Of a stretch of DNA of 64,000 bases, positions 1-13,890 are shown piece after piece. How positions within the stretch are numbered: position 1 is the stretch's first letter; each line of letters opens with the position of its first letter. Under the pieces are notes generated by a model. The model saw nothing but the letters and a program-made list of their open reading frames with translations, searched no databases and was not told where the DNA came from. Source of the stretch: Camelus dromedarius (taxonomy: Eukaryota). A program made the translations under genes and the position numbers. The stretch covers positions 33,606,001 through 33,670,000 of the forward strand of contig NC_087447.1 in NCBI RefSeq assembly GCF_036321535.1. The letters are read 5' to 3'.

Positions 1-192
<192 letters not shown>

Positions 193-834
193 TCAGACAC
201 ACCACTCAGCCCCCAAGGCTCCAAAGAGCCCTCTGTGTTCCCCACCAGGCAAAGCAGTATTTGTATGAGGACTGGTTTTAGGGATGCATTCCCTCAACGA
301 GTCTCAAAGACCTTGCTGGAGTTCAACCCACAAAGCCTGTGGGGGGAATCCAAGCAGAATGTGAGCCTCAGAACTGTGTTTCCAGCCCTCTGAGACTGCA
401 CACCTACCCCCCCATCAGGACACTTCAGGATTCACTTTGTATTCATGAGATGTAAATTCCTCTCCTCTCGTTTACATTGCATTTGATCTTTTACTTGAGG
501 AAGAACCCTCTTTGCACCCAACTACCAGACTCTGAGTGCCTGTCGGCATGATTTGTAGTAGCCTCAGCCCCACAGCAGTTTCCCTAAAACAGACTTCATA
601 TTATTCTCCCTTATCCAGCCCCATAGAATGTACTTTGGCAAAATGACACCAAAGCAGGAAGGGCACAGGCTAAAACTTGCACAGAGAACAGAGGGAGGGA
701 GAGAGGATGGCTTTTTTGCACCTTCTCCTGAGTCGTCCACAAATGCAAGGTTATCCTGCACCCTGGACAGGTACGTCACCATCCCTACATTGCTTGGGGA
801 AACACTCAAGTTCCACTAAGTCCACCTCCTGCTA

Positions 835-1059
<225 letters not shown>

Positions 1060-1398
1060 TCAGCTCCAGGCCCCCTCTTCCTGGAAGCCCACAGGGCCCT
1101 CTCTCCACGGAAGTCCTGAGTTGTTAACTATCACATGCTGCTCCTGCTGTTTGTTATGTTTTTATTCCTGTCCATCCATTTCCCCAATTAGACCTCAATC
1201 TCCTTGTAAAGAAGGACCAGGGAATTAGGTCCACACCTCAGGGAACTCATAGGAGAGGCTCAAAAACAGTGCCAGATCAGAGACGTGGGGTCACCTTGAC
1301 TAGACTCCAAGGCCAGGCTATGTCCCATGCAAATAACACAAAAACCTTCATCTTTGTAATGATGAGTTGGTGGAGAATGTAATAATTACCCTCTAGAA

Positions 1399-1607
1399 CA
1401 GTGGGTGATTTTGCCCCTCCCTGGGCACACATGGCAATGTCTGGAGACATTTTTGATTCTCATAGCTGGGATGTCATGGGGATGATGACTGGTGTCCAGT
1501 GTGTAGAGGCCAGGGATGCTGCTAAACATCTCTCAATGCACGGGACAGTCCCCATGACAAAGAATTATTTGACTCAAATGTTGACAGTGCTGAGGTTGAG
1601 AAACCCT
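1399..1607 (+). mobile_element. MER20 (hAT-Charlie) DNA transposon fossil
   Basis: GGTGATTTTGCCCC...GGCAATGTCTGGAGACATTTTTG...GAGGCCAGGGATGCTGCTAAACATC...GTGCTGAGGTTGAGAAACCCT. Confidence 0.85.
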
Positions 1608-1804
1608 CTTATAAAGGGTAAACGTGCCCAGAACTGACATCATTTCCCCTTTGCTACCTGTCTTCCTTCTTCCAGAAGAAACCATTTACATAAAATATGA
1701 ATTGACTGGACTAATGCTTTTTAAAATCTTTACCTAAGACTTGGTAAAGATGGGGCAACATCAGTCCACAGGTAATTAGGTGGGGGAGATGGAAGCATTA
1801 ATGT

Positions 1805-2050
1805 AAGGGTTAAGAGCTTTGGGCTCCAATGGTCAGACAGATCTGGGTCCAAATTCACATTCCATGACTTAACAGCTGCGCAACCCTAGACAAGTTGTTT
1901 AATTCCTATAAACCTCAATCTTGTCCATCTGTAAAATGGGAAAGACAACAGTTCCTTCCAAGGGGGGCTACAAGGAACAAAGGAGGAAATGCAGGTAAAG
2001 CACTGAGACCAGTGCTTCACACTCATCAGCACTTACAGAATATTAGCTTT
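1805..2050 (+). mobile_element. MIR SINE (one of many; others near 3.1, 8.1, 11.6, 12.4, 16.1, 16.5, 22.3, 27.4, 32.5, 39.9, 42.8, 47.0, 51.1, 52.7, 58.2 kb)
   Basis: MIR core CCTCA...CATCTGTAAAATGGG with flanking MIR motifs. Confidence 0.75.
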
Positions 2051-4318
2051 TCTTAGGAGAGGACAATGCATTTGGAAATGGGCAGCTCTGACTCCGATTT
2101 CCCCAAGAAGACCGAGTGTGGTCTTGGTGAAGGACGTCTGAGCTTCAGTTTTCCCTGCTAACCTAAAGCCGTGCCAGCCCTTCCTATCTGCCTCGCAGCC
2201 TCACTGAGAAGACGGCTAAAGAAAAACCGAGCAGTTGTGAATTTCCTTGTAAATAGAAAACTAGATGTTAAGGGGCAGAGATCAGGGAACGCCAGGGTAA
2301 TCCACAGCCAGGGCACGTCCGGAAGCCGGAAACTGCAGCACCTGGAGGTTTTATAACTCAAGCATAAAAACGCTTTTTTAAACTGGAATTTATCAGGTTG
2401 TTAGTTCCTAATGTTGCCGAGGGCCTTGGGTATTTAAAACACAAAGCCTGGAATGCCTAAGATCTCCCACCCGCCACCCCAACTCATGCATTTACTGAGC
2501 AGACGGTAGAACCAGCCTCTGAAGGTTCCCTTTGTGAAATCATAAAAGTCTGTGTTAAACTGCAGTTCGAAACAGGTGCACCAAGGAGGCCAGCCCAGTG
2601 CCCCAAACACCGAGGAAGCTGGTTCAGTTCAGGCCCATAAAGCGGACAAGAAGGTCTTGAAACGGCCCCTGCTCGAGGACCTCGGCCGATTGCTTTAACA
2701 GGATTCAGCCGTTTGGGCTTTACTGCTTTTTCAGGGCGGGGAACGATTTCAAAACACTTGGCTTCCCTCCATTTCAGCCGCCACACTACATTACGCGGGT
2801 AAAGGCATCGCTGACAGCAAACTCCGTTTATCAGAAATGGCTGGGGAGTGGAGTTTTAGAATACATTTTTGCCAACCTTTTGCAGAGTTTGGATTTGTCT
2901 TTCTTTCTCAAAAGGAGTGTCTGAGCCGCAGCGGAGTTTTCCCCAGGCGAGGCCCGCGCGTGTGCGACGGAGGCCCATTCCCGCCCCTTCCCTCTCCTGC
3001 CCGGAGGCGGTACAGCCCCGCGGCTGGCGCGCATGCTCCACGCACCGTGGCTCGGAGAGCGGGCTCTGCCTCTTACTAGCTGTGGGGCCTTAGCTAAGAC
3101 CTACCTCTCCGGCCAGACCTCAGTTTCCTTATCTGGAGAATGGAGATGACAGTAGTACCTGCTACCCTCCTGGAGTTTGTGAGCATTAAGTGTGTGGATA
3201 CACGTAAAGGGCTCAGAACGGTGCCTGGGCCTGGCGAGAACTCAGTAAGCATGGAGCGTTACTACTCTTCCCGTGAGCGGGTCCCGAAGGGCTCAGCATG
3301 CCAGTAACTTGGACAGAGCCCCCAGAACCCTATGGTGACAGCCTCCTTGGTCGTAGAGAGCCACCAAAAAAACAACCAGGGGCTCCGGTCCGTGGATGGA
3401 TCCATCACGACCCACAGTGCATGGGGAGTGGCCACTGTGCTGGGAAACCTACCGCATACAGAGGCGTTCTCAGAGGACACAACGCCGGAACCCCTGCGCC
3501 TTTGGCAGGATTGGCGTCCAGGTGACAGAGATGGCGGGATGGTCAGTCCGGTGTGAGAGCGTTCATCTCGATCAGCCAGGTCTCTGAACTATGAGAGGCC
3601 GAGGCAGTGCTTCCTAGTGGCCTGGCTACCTGGGAGCCAGCTACCACCCAGACCCGGAGCTCTGAACACAATATGCACGTTGGTGACCCTCTACTGTTTT
3701 TCTGTTGGGGGATGAGCATCTTGGTAGAGCTCTGGGTTGGATTCTGACCGTCAGTCACTGCTCCACAGGTAGCGATGAAGGTGGCTGGGAAATGATTCTA
3801 AAAGGCTGACAACCTGGAAAGCTGCTTTTCTGAGTAGACGCCTGAGAAGGCCACGCCCCCTTCCCTGTGCCCCTTGTAAAAGCAGAGCTTGGTCTCATCA
3901 CCAATCTCCCTCTCACCCCAAAAGCTCTGATATGACCGAGATTTAGGGTAATAACTTTGACAGTAATGCCTCCCTTACAAAGGATCATGTTAGGTCATTA
4001 AAGAGAACCTGCTTTTGACTAAAGACCAAAAAGCATAGTTACTAATGTTGGGTCAGCAAAAACGGACTGAATGTCTACGTGCCAATGTCACCCAGCGAGG
4101 AGGGACTGGGGCTGCCACCTAATGCAGACCTGCCCTGTATTCTGCAGAGACTCCTTTTTACCAGGGGAAATCCAACAAGCCTGCAAATCCTGTAAGATCG
4201 TAGGCGAATTCAGATGAGCAGGGTTAGAAGGGAGAAGACCTCATGGGCCACTGCCCCTCCCCTGTGGGGCATGAGGCTCACTGTCCCTGTGCTGGTGACG
4301 ATGAGACACTACCAAGTA

Positions 4319-4557
4319 CAGGTGACCCTTGAACAGCATGGGTTTGAACTGTGCAGCTCCACTCACACGTGGATTTGTTTCAACAGTAAACACAACAGCA
4401 CTACAGGATCCGGGATCCGAGGAGCCCATGAACGCAGAGGGACCGCGGGGTGGCAGGAACTGTGTCTACAAAGGGCTGACTATAAATTACAACGTGGATT
4501 AGTGATGGCGTGGAGGGTCGGCGACCCAGCCCCCCCCCCCTTTCCAAGGGTCAACAG
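4319..4557. mobile_element. MER8/Tigger2-type MITE
   Basis: TIRs CAGGTGACCCTTGAA ... TTCCAAGGGTCAACAG, preceded by TA, 239 bp. Confidence 0.75.
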
Positions 4558-6195
4558 CATTAACACAACACATTAGAACCCGCGGGAAGCCCTCTTCTCC
4601 CTATTAAAATCCAAGCAAGTGAAAAAAATCTGAAAAGGGGAAGTTTCCGAGGGAAACACGGGCCGTTCGTCTGATGCTTTTTATGTAAAGAGAAAACAAA
4701 ATTCGCTTTGGGTTTTGGCCCAGGGGCCCCCAAATCCCCTTCCTGGAGCAGGAAAGCACTCAGAAGAGTTAACTAATGTGGCCACGTCTCTGGCAACTCG
4801 GCCACCGGTTGACAAAAATAGCAACACACCTCACATCTTCCAGAAAGTGGGGCAGAACCTACCTGCTCCGGCTGCTCTGCTGGGAGAAAATGAAGACAGC
4901 TCAGCAGGCAGGGCCAGGGGGCAGCTGTGGGGGTGGGGGAGGGGTGCCCTGAAGACAAGCCTGTGCTTCTCTCTCTCTTGCCCCCTTACCTGCTCCCCAG
5001 GAGTTTTAAATTTTTCAACCAGGGAAGAGCATTTGCTCAGCTTTAGGACCTGGAATTCAGTGTATGGCTGCAGAACTAAAATCCCTGGGGGTTCCACACC
5101 CTCTCCAGGAAGAGATAGTTACGCCCCGCCCCGGAACAGGCTGGCTGTTTAACTCTTTGAGCCCAGCAGTGGACCATCAGCGTCGATGAGGCAGTAATTA
5201 ATTATCCCTAGGGAGCCAGAGGAGAGCCAGCAGCCCACCAAGAAGGTGACATTTCTAAGGCTTAGTTCTCCCTCATGCTGGCATCTGAGCCATTATCTGA
5301 GATTTGCAGTGAGCTCTTTGAAGAAAGTTAAGTGCATGAAGAAGCCACTCACGGGTCCACACTCTGGATGGTCTAGAGCCCACAGTCCTGTCCCCACAAC
5401 CCCAGCACAGTCCCAACACCGAGGCATCCCATAAATGCCTGAGTAGAGAATGACCCTACTGACTGTCAATAGCCACAGTGAAACCCCTTAATCACCAAAA
5501 CCCGCTAAACACCCAAATCCTTTGTAGAATAAGGCTGGGTGGAAATTAAAAGTTTAAAGCAAGTATTAAATCCACTCTATGAAATACTGTGCTAGAAATA
5601 TAGATTAAGTAGGATTAAAAAAAATGAAAGCTCTCTGTACACACCAAAGGGAACATACAAATGTTAGCCAGGAATATGGGGACCACGTGGGCAGACAGTA
5701 CACATTTACTGTACATCCGTCCCACCACCACCATCCAAACTTTCCACCCGCTGGGAAAAAATATTGCAGGTCTGCATCACTAACTAAGCAGAAAGCCCTG
5801 AGAGCACATCTGACCTAACAATCAGGACAGTGCTTCTTCAGGAAAAGGCTGCTGTTATTAAGCGCTGTTGCTCGGTCCCTATGGAGCCCTCTGCAAGGAA
5901 TGCTGCCCCGCGGCGAGCTGTGCCCACGTCCTCTGCAGGAGCGCTGCTTTGCCTAGAGAATCCTCTACCGTGCCTCACAGGTGGAGACTTAGGCTGGAGC
6001 TGAGTTGAGAGAGGACAGGAGAAGGAACGAGAGGAGAGGGAAGGAGGAAAGGGGTCTTTATAGCCACTCCTCTGGGTAAGGACCGGCCAGCTCTCACCCT
6101 GCATGAGCATCAGACTCAAGCTGTTCTGAGTCCCTCCACTAAGGGGAACCTAGGCTGTCACACCCTCCGGCCTGTTCCAGGAGGCCGACTTCCTA

Positions 6196-6510
<315 letters not shown>

Positions 6511-6898
6511 CTAAACATGTATCCACTGTAGGCTGGTCTTGTTTGCTCTTATTCACAAGGAAAGGAACAACCAGTCCTGACCACAGGCTCCCTTGAGCTG
6601 ATTGTATAAACACCGGAAGACTCAAAAAGCTCTCCCTCCCCTAACTGCGCTGTTCCCGGGCCTCTGACAAGGCACTGGCTTCCCCTGCTGTAGAACCAGG
6701 TCTTCCCTCATGGCAGTGGAAGAGCTCTGCCCATCAGAGCAGAAATGGAGGGAATGGGGCCTTTTGGTAAGTCCAGGAGAGGAACCATGTATGACAGAAG
6801 AGAAGGCAGGGGACCATGAAATGCCGCCAAGCATGAGGACAGCCTGGGGTTGGGGCAAGGGTGGAGGGTTGGGGAGAGAGCCCAGCGCCTCCATCCCA

Positions 6899-6925
6899 GC
6901 GCCCTCTACTGGCGACACGGCTGCA
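6899..6925 (-). promoter_or_regulatory. Candidate CTCF site, intron 9
   Basis: Minus strand TGCAG-ccgtgtcg-CCAGTAGAGGGCGC; full match to core CCASYAGRKGGCRS plus an upstream TGCAG. Confidence 0.6.
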
Positions 6926-7416
6926 GTTCTCAGCCTGCCCTGTCCATCCTAGACCCCGCAGAGGCACAGCCAGATGGAGCCGGGGGGCCCACTTCTAATC
7001 CTGGCTCTCCTACATGCTAGAGGCATGACCTTGACTGAGTCACTTTCTTTCCACTCCGATTTTAAATGGTGGCAGTGGCCCCACCTCCCTCACTGGTTGT
7101 AAGGACCAGGTGAGGCATGCACTGTGCAGAACAAGTGCTCAGGACACGACCCACTTTGTCTGGCCCCTTAGTTTCCTGGTGGGGAAACAGAGGCCCAGGG
7201 GAAGGTAATGGGCTGATTAATGGTGGGTCCTGATTTGAATCTAGACTTCCCACCCCGCAGCCTCATATTCTGTCTGCCGCACCACACAGCCTCACTTCTG
7301 AGAAAGCTCAGAGCAGTGCTTTCCCTTTGACGGTGCTCAGACTGGTTCTCACGGGTCATAAATTAACAAGCAGCTCTAACCAAAGACGTTCAGACACCTC
7401 AGTCTGGCATTCCAGC

Positions 7417-7793
7417 TGCTACAGGCCGAAATGTGTGCCCCCAAAATGTACAGGATGTAGCCCTAACCCCCAGTTTCTCAAAATGTGGCTGTATTTGGAA
7501 ACAGGGTCTTTAAGCAAGTAATTAAGTTGAGAGGAAGTCGTTAGAGTGGGCGCTAATCCAATATAATCGATGCCCTTGTAAGAAGAGGAGATTAGGATGC
7601 ACGGTGGAAGACCATGTGCGGACACAGGGGGAGACGGACAGCTACAAGCCGAGGAGAGAGGCCTCAGAAGAAATCAACCCTGTCGACACCTTGACCTTGG
7701 GCTTCCAGCCTCCAGAACTGTGAGGAAGTTAAATTCCGTGGTTCAGGTCGCTCACTCGGCGGCACGTGTTACGGCAGCCCTCGCAAACTAACA
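7417..7793 (+). mobile_element. MaLR solo LTR (MLT1A-like), intron 9
   Basis: GTATTTGGAAACAGGGTCTTTAA...CTAATCCAATA...TAAGAAGAGGAGA...CTTCCAGCCTCCAGAACTGTGAG...GTTACGGCAGCCC...AACTAACA. Confidence 0.85.
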
Positions 7794-8576
7794 CGAAGGC
7801 TCCCCAGGCCGGCCTCAGCCGGTCCTCAGGCCCCAGCTCCTTCCAGCCCCGTGAGCGCACCCCTGCTCTGGCCCCATCGGCCTGCCCCCCACCCCTCCTT
7901 CCCTCTCACCTCTACTCAGTCCCACCTCTAGCTGTTTCATCAACCTGAACACAGTCCCTCCTCCCCTGCCCCATTGAAATTTGGCCCAGTAGAGAGGCCA
8001 CTTCTGTGAGGCCCTCCCAGCCATCCCAGGCCACAGCTTAACTATATTCTCTACCTCTTGGTTCACAGAGTATCTCACACATAATTAAAAAGAAGAATGG
8101 CAACTGCTGTTTGTCAAGCACCTACTATGTGCAAAATATTGCCATGAGAGTTTTGCATATATCATCTCTTACCCTTCAACAAAATATTATAATCTGCAGT
8201 TTATAGATGAGAAAACAGAGGTTCAGAGAAGTGAAATACCTTGGAAAATGGTGAAATCATAATTCAAATTCATGTCTGTCTGTCTCCAAGTTTCTGTCTT
8301 TCTTTCTTTTTTTAATCAGCTCCTCAGGAGAACGAACCTCATTTTCTTATTGCTTGCAGCAGATGTATTGAACTTCCAGATGCCCCCTCCTCCAGGAGCT
8401 GTCCAGGCTGTCTCTGGTCTATGGGGTTCCAGAGCCTCCTACCATCACACTATCCAAATGTCACCCCAAGGATCAGAATGACCTGAGGGTCCTGTCTGGA
8501 TGTGTAGATTCCTGGGCCCACCCCACCTCCTGATGTTCTGTTTCATAGATCTGTAGAGGGGGACTTAACGTTTGCA

Positions 8577-8706
8577 AAACTTTGGGTATAACTGACAAAA
8601 CTGTAATATATTTTAACATATTTAAAGTCTACAACATGATAATGTGACACACATATGCATTGGAACAGGAGTCCCACCATCAAATCAATTAACACAGCCA
8701 TCATCA
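8577..8706 (-). mobile_element. L1MA/MB-like 3' end
   Basis: GTATAACTGACA...ATATTTAAAGTCTACAACATGAT...CCACCATCAA...ATTAACA. Confidence 0.6.
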
Positions 8707-9056
8707 AGGTGCTCTTTCCACTGTACCATACTGCCTTTCTTATAGAAGTCATTAGAAAAGTGTTTGTTGAGTGACCAAATGACCAAACTTCATCAGTGAC
8801 CACCCTACAACTGAATCCATGGACTAGATACCTCACAAATGACTATCCCAGGACACAGCCAGCTGCACAGCACCTCCAGAGAGACTCAGTTCCACCGCAT
8901 GTGTCAGAGTCAGGATGCAAGTTGGGGTCCAGACCACCTGAAGCCAGCAGCTAGGCCTTGGCAGGGGATTTCCCCTGTGCCAGAGGCCGCTCTCTGGTTC
9001 TGCATCAAGTGAAATGTGAGGATGTGGCCTCAGGCATCTGATAACCCAGTCCATTA

Positions 9057-9248
<192 letters not shown>

Positions 9249-9974
9249 TCAAGGTCACTGAAGGAGGCTGGCCCGGAGGAGGGGAAGTCTCCCGTGCCCA
9301 AAGCCACACCATTTCCCGGGGGGGTGGGGGGAGGCACTCAGGACAAGATGACTTTGGCGCCAACATAAATGAGAAACATACATCATTTATCTAGAAGCCA
9401 TAAAGGCAGCAGACACCTGGGAGGCTCTAACTCCATTCTGATCAAAGGGGACGAGCTCAACAAGCAACACATTTCTGGCTCGCATGTCCGACCATGTAGA
9501 ACTACACAGAAGAGGAGAGCCCTTTCTTTAGCTGGGAACACTCTCAAAAAACCAATTTGCAACAGCAAAAATATTCACAGGTACACAATAAAAACCTTTT
9601 GAAATGAACACTCCTACTGATTACAACAATTTACTGGAAATCTGAAATTCTGTAGCCCCTCATTTAAGTAAAGCAAGCTCTGTGCCACAGCACTGTGGAT
9701 TTTATAGTGCCACCTCCTTCTTGAACATGGCTGACAACACCTCTTGGTGCTCTTTGGTGATTTCTCTTAATTATCCTCATAAAACTCCAGAAGGCTACTA
9801 AAGACTTTGAGCTAGAGATTTACAGGATTTGATGATGGACCTCCTATAAGTTTTATAAATTAAATCTAGTTTTTAAATTATGCTTTAAATATGCAAAGAG
9901 AAAGTTTAAGTGTGTGCTGGCAAAGTCTGTGTCCACCCCAACCTCCATTCTCCTACACTTCTTAAAAACAGAGC

Positions 9975-10415
9975 TGTGGTTTTATTTAAAGGCAACCTTA
10001 TGTCCAGACAAATGACCACCTCCCAGCATCAAGGGGAGGGGCAGATGAGAGGGGATGGTCACATGACTTAGTTTCTGGCCAATGATGGGAAAATCAAGTT
10101 TTATGTGGAACTTCTGGGTTTTCTCCTCTTTCAAAGAGGGAGGATGCCTATCTCTGTCTCTTCCCCTCACTCTTTGATGCTACGTGGAATGGTGATATGA
10201 TGGCTGGAGCTCTGGCAGCCTTATGGTAGCTGTTCACTGAGGAAGGTGGGGTAGAAAGACAGGAGTCTGGGACACTATGGAGCCATTCAACCAGTGCTTG
10301 ACAATCTGCCATTGGGCTGCTTTAGTGCCTACAAGTGAAATGAGCTTTTATCTTGTTTATGCTGCCATTATCTGAAGGTTTTCCATTCTGTGCCGTCAAA
10401 CTCAATCCTAGCTAT
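9975..10415 (+). mobile_element. Old MaLR LTR (MLT1J/K-like)
   Basis: GGTCACATGACTTAGTTTCTGGCCAATG...TGATGGCTGGAGCT...GCAGCC. Confidence 0.55.
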
Positions 10416-11042
10416 GTGTTCTTAACATACTCTGGTAAAGCAGATTTTTTTTTTAAGGTGAGAAAATTCATTTCTTTATATATATGGAAGTATAATTGAT
10501 TTATAAGAAAACTCACTTCTTATTAAATAATCATCCCCTCATTTGGAGTTTTTTTGGGTTGGGAATTTTAGAGTCAAATAGGCCTGTGCGGAATATGCAA
10601 AGAGAAAAGATAAGTGCGTGCTGGCTCTGCATGGGTGTATCAGAAGTGTTCAAATGTTGGGGCCCCTTAAATTACAATGGCTTGTGCTTTGCCTGTGTGC
10701 TGCTATTTTCTAACCAGCAAAACTCCATTTCCAATGCACTATAATTAGCAACAAGCAGCTCGAGGTGGCCAAAGCTATTAAGGGAATGTCATTCTTCATT
10801 TTCAGCCTCCACTGCAACCCCAGATGTAGGACAACTATTCCAGGAATCTAAAACCCCCCAGCTGCCCACTTTTCATTAAAGACTTCCTGAGAGCCTAACA
10901 TTCCAAGATGATCAGGACCTGGTAAAGGCAAATAGTGAGATACCCCGTGGGAGGGGGTCTGACCCCTTCTGCTAAACAGCGCCCCAGAGCAGGACCCATC
11001 CCTGTGTGCCGGTCCCCCACGGGTGTATCAGAAGTGAAATCA

Positions 11043-11327
<285 letters not shown>

Positions 11328-13049
11328 TTAGGGAGAGCCAGAAATAAAGTCCCGAGGGGGACACGCAAGGCTGTGGGGTGAGTCAGCCTGCAGAGTGTAA
11401 GTGGACAACTCCCCAAGGACCGAAGGAGAAAGGCTCCGTGCCTCCTTCCTCCTTGATTCCTGGCCCGTTCTCTGTCTGAGGCCCCAGATTCCACCATTAG
11501 AGTTTCATTCTTTTAGCTTAAGATTTCCAACCTTGTTTATACACACATCCTAAGTCAGGCAGCCTAGTGACATGAAAGAACCATGGCCTTAGAATTACAT
11601 ACATTTACGTTTAAATGAAATCGTACCTTTGGCACTGAGTAGCTGTAAGACCTTGGAGAAACTCTCTGAATCTCAGTTTCTGCAGCTGGAAACTGGGGAT
11701 AATAGCACCTTTCTTAAAGAAAAATAATTGTGAGGATTAAAAGGGCCCCAAGCACAGTACCTGATTTGTAATAGATGGTCATTAAGTGCAGTTAAATTCA
11801 ACAAGCATGTATCGAGGACCTTCTATGGACTGGGCACTCTGCCAGGCATTAGATACAAAGAGATGAAGGTTCTCATGACCTCGGAGACCCAGAGACAATG
11901 TCTGAATAATGGGCTAAGCAGTTCTTTCCACACAGGACACTGTGAAGTCCAGGGGAGGGCATTGGATTCATCCCAGGAGTTTCCGAAAAGATGCACAGAG
12001 ATGATGCATAAGCTGGATCTTACAGGCCAAGTGCAACTTAAAGGAGATGAGCAGAGTCAGGAAGGTGAGGGAAGAAGGGGGACAAGGCAGGGGCAGGGGG
12101 CCCCCAAACTCACTAGGAGCACAGCGTACAGTTGAGGCTAACAGGGAGGGGGCACTGGAGACAAGGGAGGGGCCCACGTTGTGGAGGCCCTGAGTCCCAG
12201 CCAAAGGATGCTCCTGGGTTCTGGACAGGAGGAAAGGACCACAGCCAAGAAACATTTGGGAAACAACATCAGCAGAACTCGGGGGCTGTGGTTAGATGGA
12301 GATGAGTGGGAGGCACTTTCCTTCCTGACCTGTCAAATCAAACCTCAAGATGAAGGAAGGGCTTGGGACCAGGATTCAGCAGACAAGAGAAGAGCAAACC
12401 ATGAGAGCTCGGGCTCTGCAGTCCAAGGGGCCCAAGTTCAAATCCCGGGTCCATCGCTTACAAGCTGGGCCACCTTGAAAAGTGACTTAACCTCACTGCG
12501 TCTCAGTGTCCACACCCGCCAAGTGGCAGTAACAATGGCATATACCCCTCAGGGGGCTACTGGAGGAGCACAGTGGGACAATCTATACCAAGTGGGACTG
12601 GGAAGTCCCCCTTCAGTCTTGCCCACAACTCATCAGTCCTAAATTTAAAAACCCAGATAACCCTCAGCTCACAGGCCACTCCCATTCCAGCCCAGGAACC
12701 GCTCTCTGGTCCACGGAGCAGGCAGGGGCAGGCAGAGACAGCCGGTGAGTGCTGTCGGTTCAGAGCCCCTCCACTCCTGCCCGCAGTCTTCCATCCTGGG
12801 GCACTGGGAACACCGGCCCCCAGGAGGGAGACACAGCCCCTGCCACATACTTAGCTGCACAGACTCCAGGACCTGGAAGGGGGTCCAGTCTGGCAGCAGC
12901 TGGCAGGCACTGGGATTTTCAGGGGATGAGAACTGATCCCAGGATGTACACAGCTGGGGGAAACTTAGGGGTGAGATTAAGATATAACTCTAAGGGTCAA
13001 ATAAATACACATACATGCATACATATGTACACAGATTTTTAGAGCATCT

Positions 13050-13890
13050 CATATGTGCCAGGCACAGTTCGAAGCATTTGAAGTTTATAGGTAAAGAAGA
13101 TAAAGACCTCTGCCCTTGAATACCTGACATTCTAGTTAGGGACACAGACAACCAGTAGCCACCCAAATATTATTTGTAGCATTCTGGAAAGTGATGAGTG
13201 CACTGGGAAAAGGAGAACACAGGGAGGGTTAAAGGGGGGTGAGACATGATGGGGAGGATGCGAGGAACATGGCCGTATTCAAATGGGTGGACAGGAAAGA
13301 CCTCGTGGAGAAGTTGGCCAGGACTTGAAGGAAGTGAGAGTGAGCCAACTGGATACCTGGGAGAATATTCCAGAAAGAGGAGACCATAGGACTAAAGGCC
13401 CTAAGAAGGGAGTGTGCCTAGATTCTAGGAAAGCAAGGTGGCCAGGGTGGCTGGGCAGGCAGCACCCATGGGAGAGGAAGTCAGAGGGGTGGGGGCGGGG
13501 TGCAGATATGGGAGCCTCGTGGAGCCTTGGGTGGGGAGGGGATGGGAGCTCCCACAGGGATCTGGGCAGAGGAGTGACCCCATCTAACACTTTAACCACC
13601 AAGAGGTTGCTAGGTTGAGAGGATACCGCAGGGGCAGGAGTCCGGAGGTCACGGCCGCAACCCAGGCAAGGGACAGTGATGGCTCCGTCTGGGGTGTTTC
13701 GGGGAGCTGGGAGAAATGGTCAGACACTGGATCTACTGTACAGGAAGAGCCAACAGAACTCCCTGACCGATTTAATGTGGGAGAAAGAGAGAGAGAACAG
13801 AGTCAAGGGTGTCCCTAAAGCTTCCGGCCTCAGCAGCTGATGGGTGGAGTTGCCATCAGCAGAAATGGGACAGGCTGCAGGTCAGGAAAA
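13050..13890 (+). mobile_element. L2 LINE fragment
   Basis: TATGTGCCAGGCAC...GACATTCTAG...GAAGGAAGTGAGAGTGAGCCA...GAGAAATGGTCAGA...GTTGCCAT, L2 3'-region motifs; strand is tentative. Confidence 0.65.
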
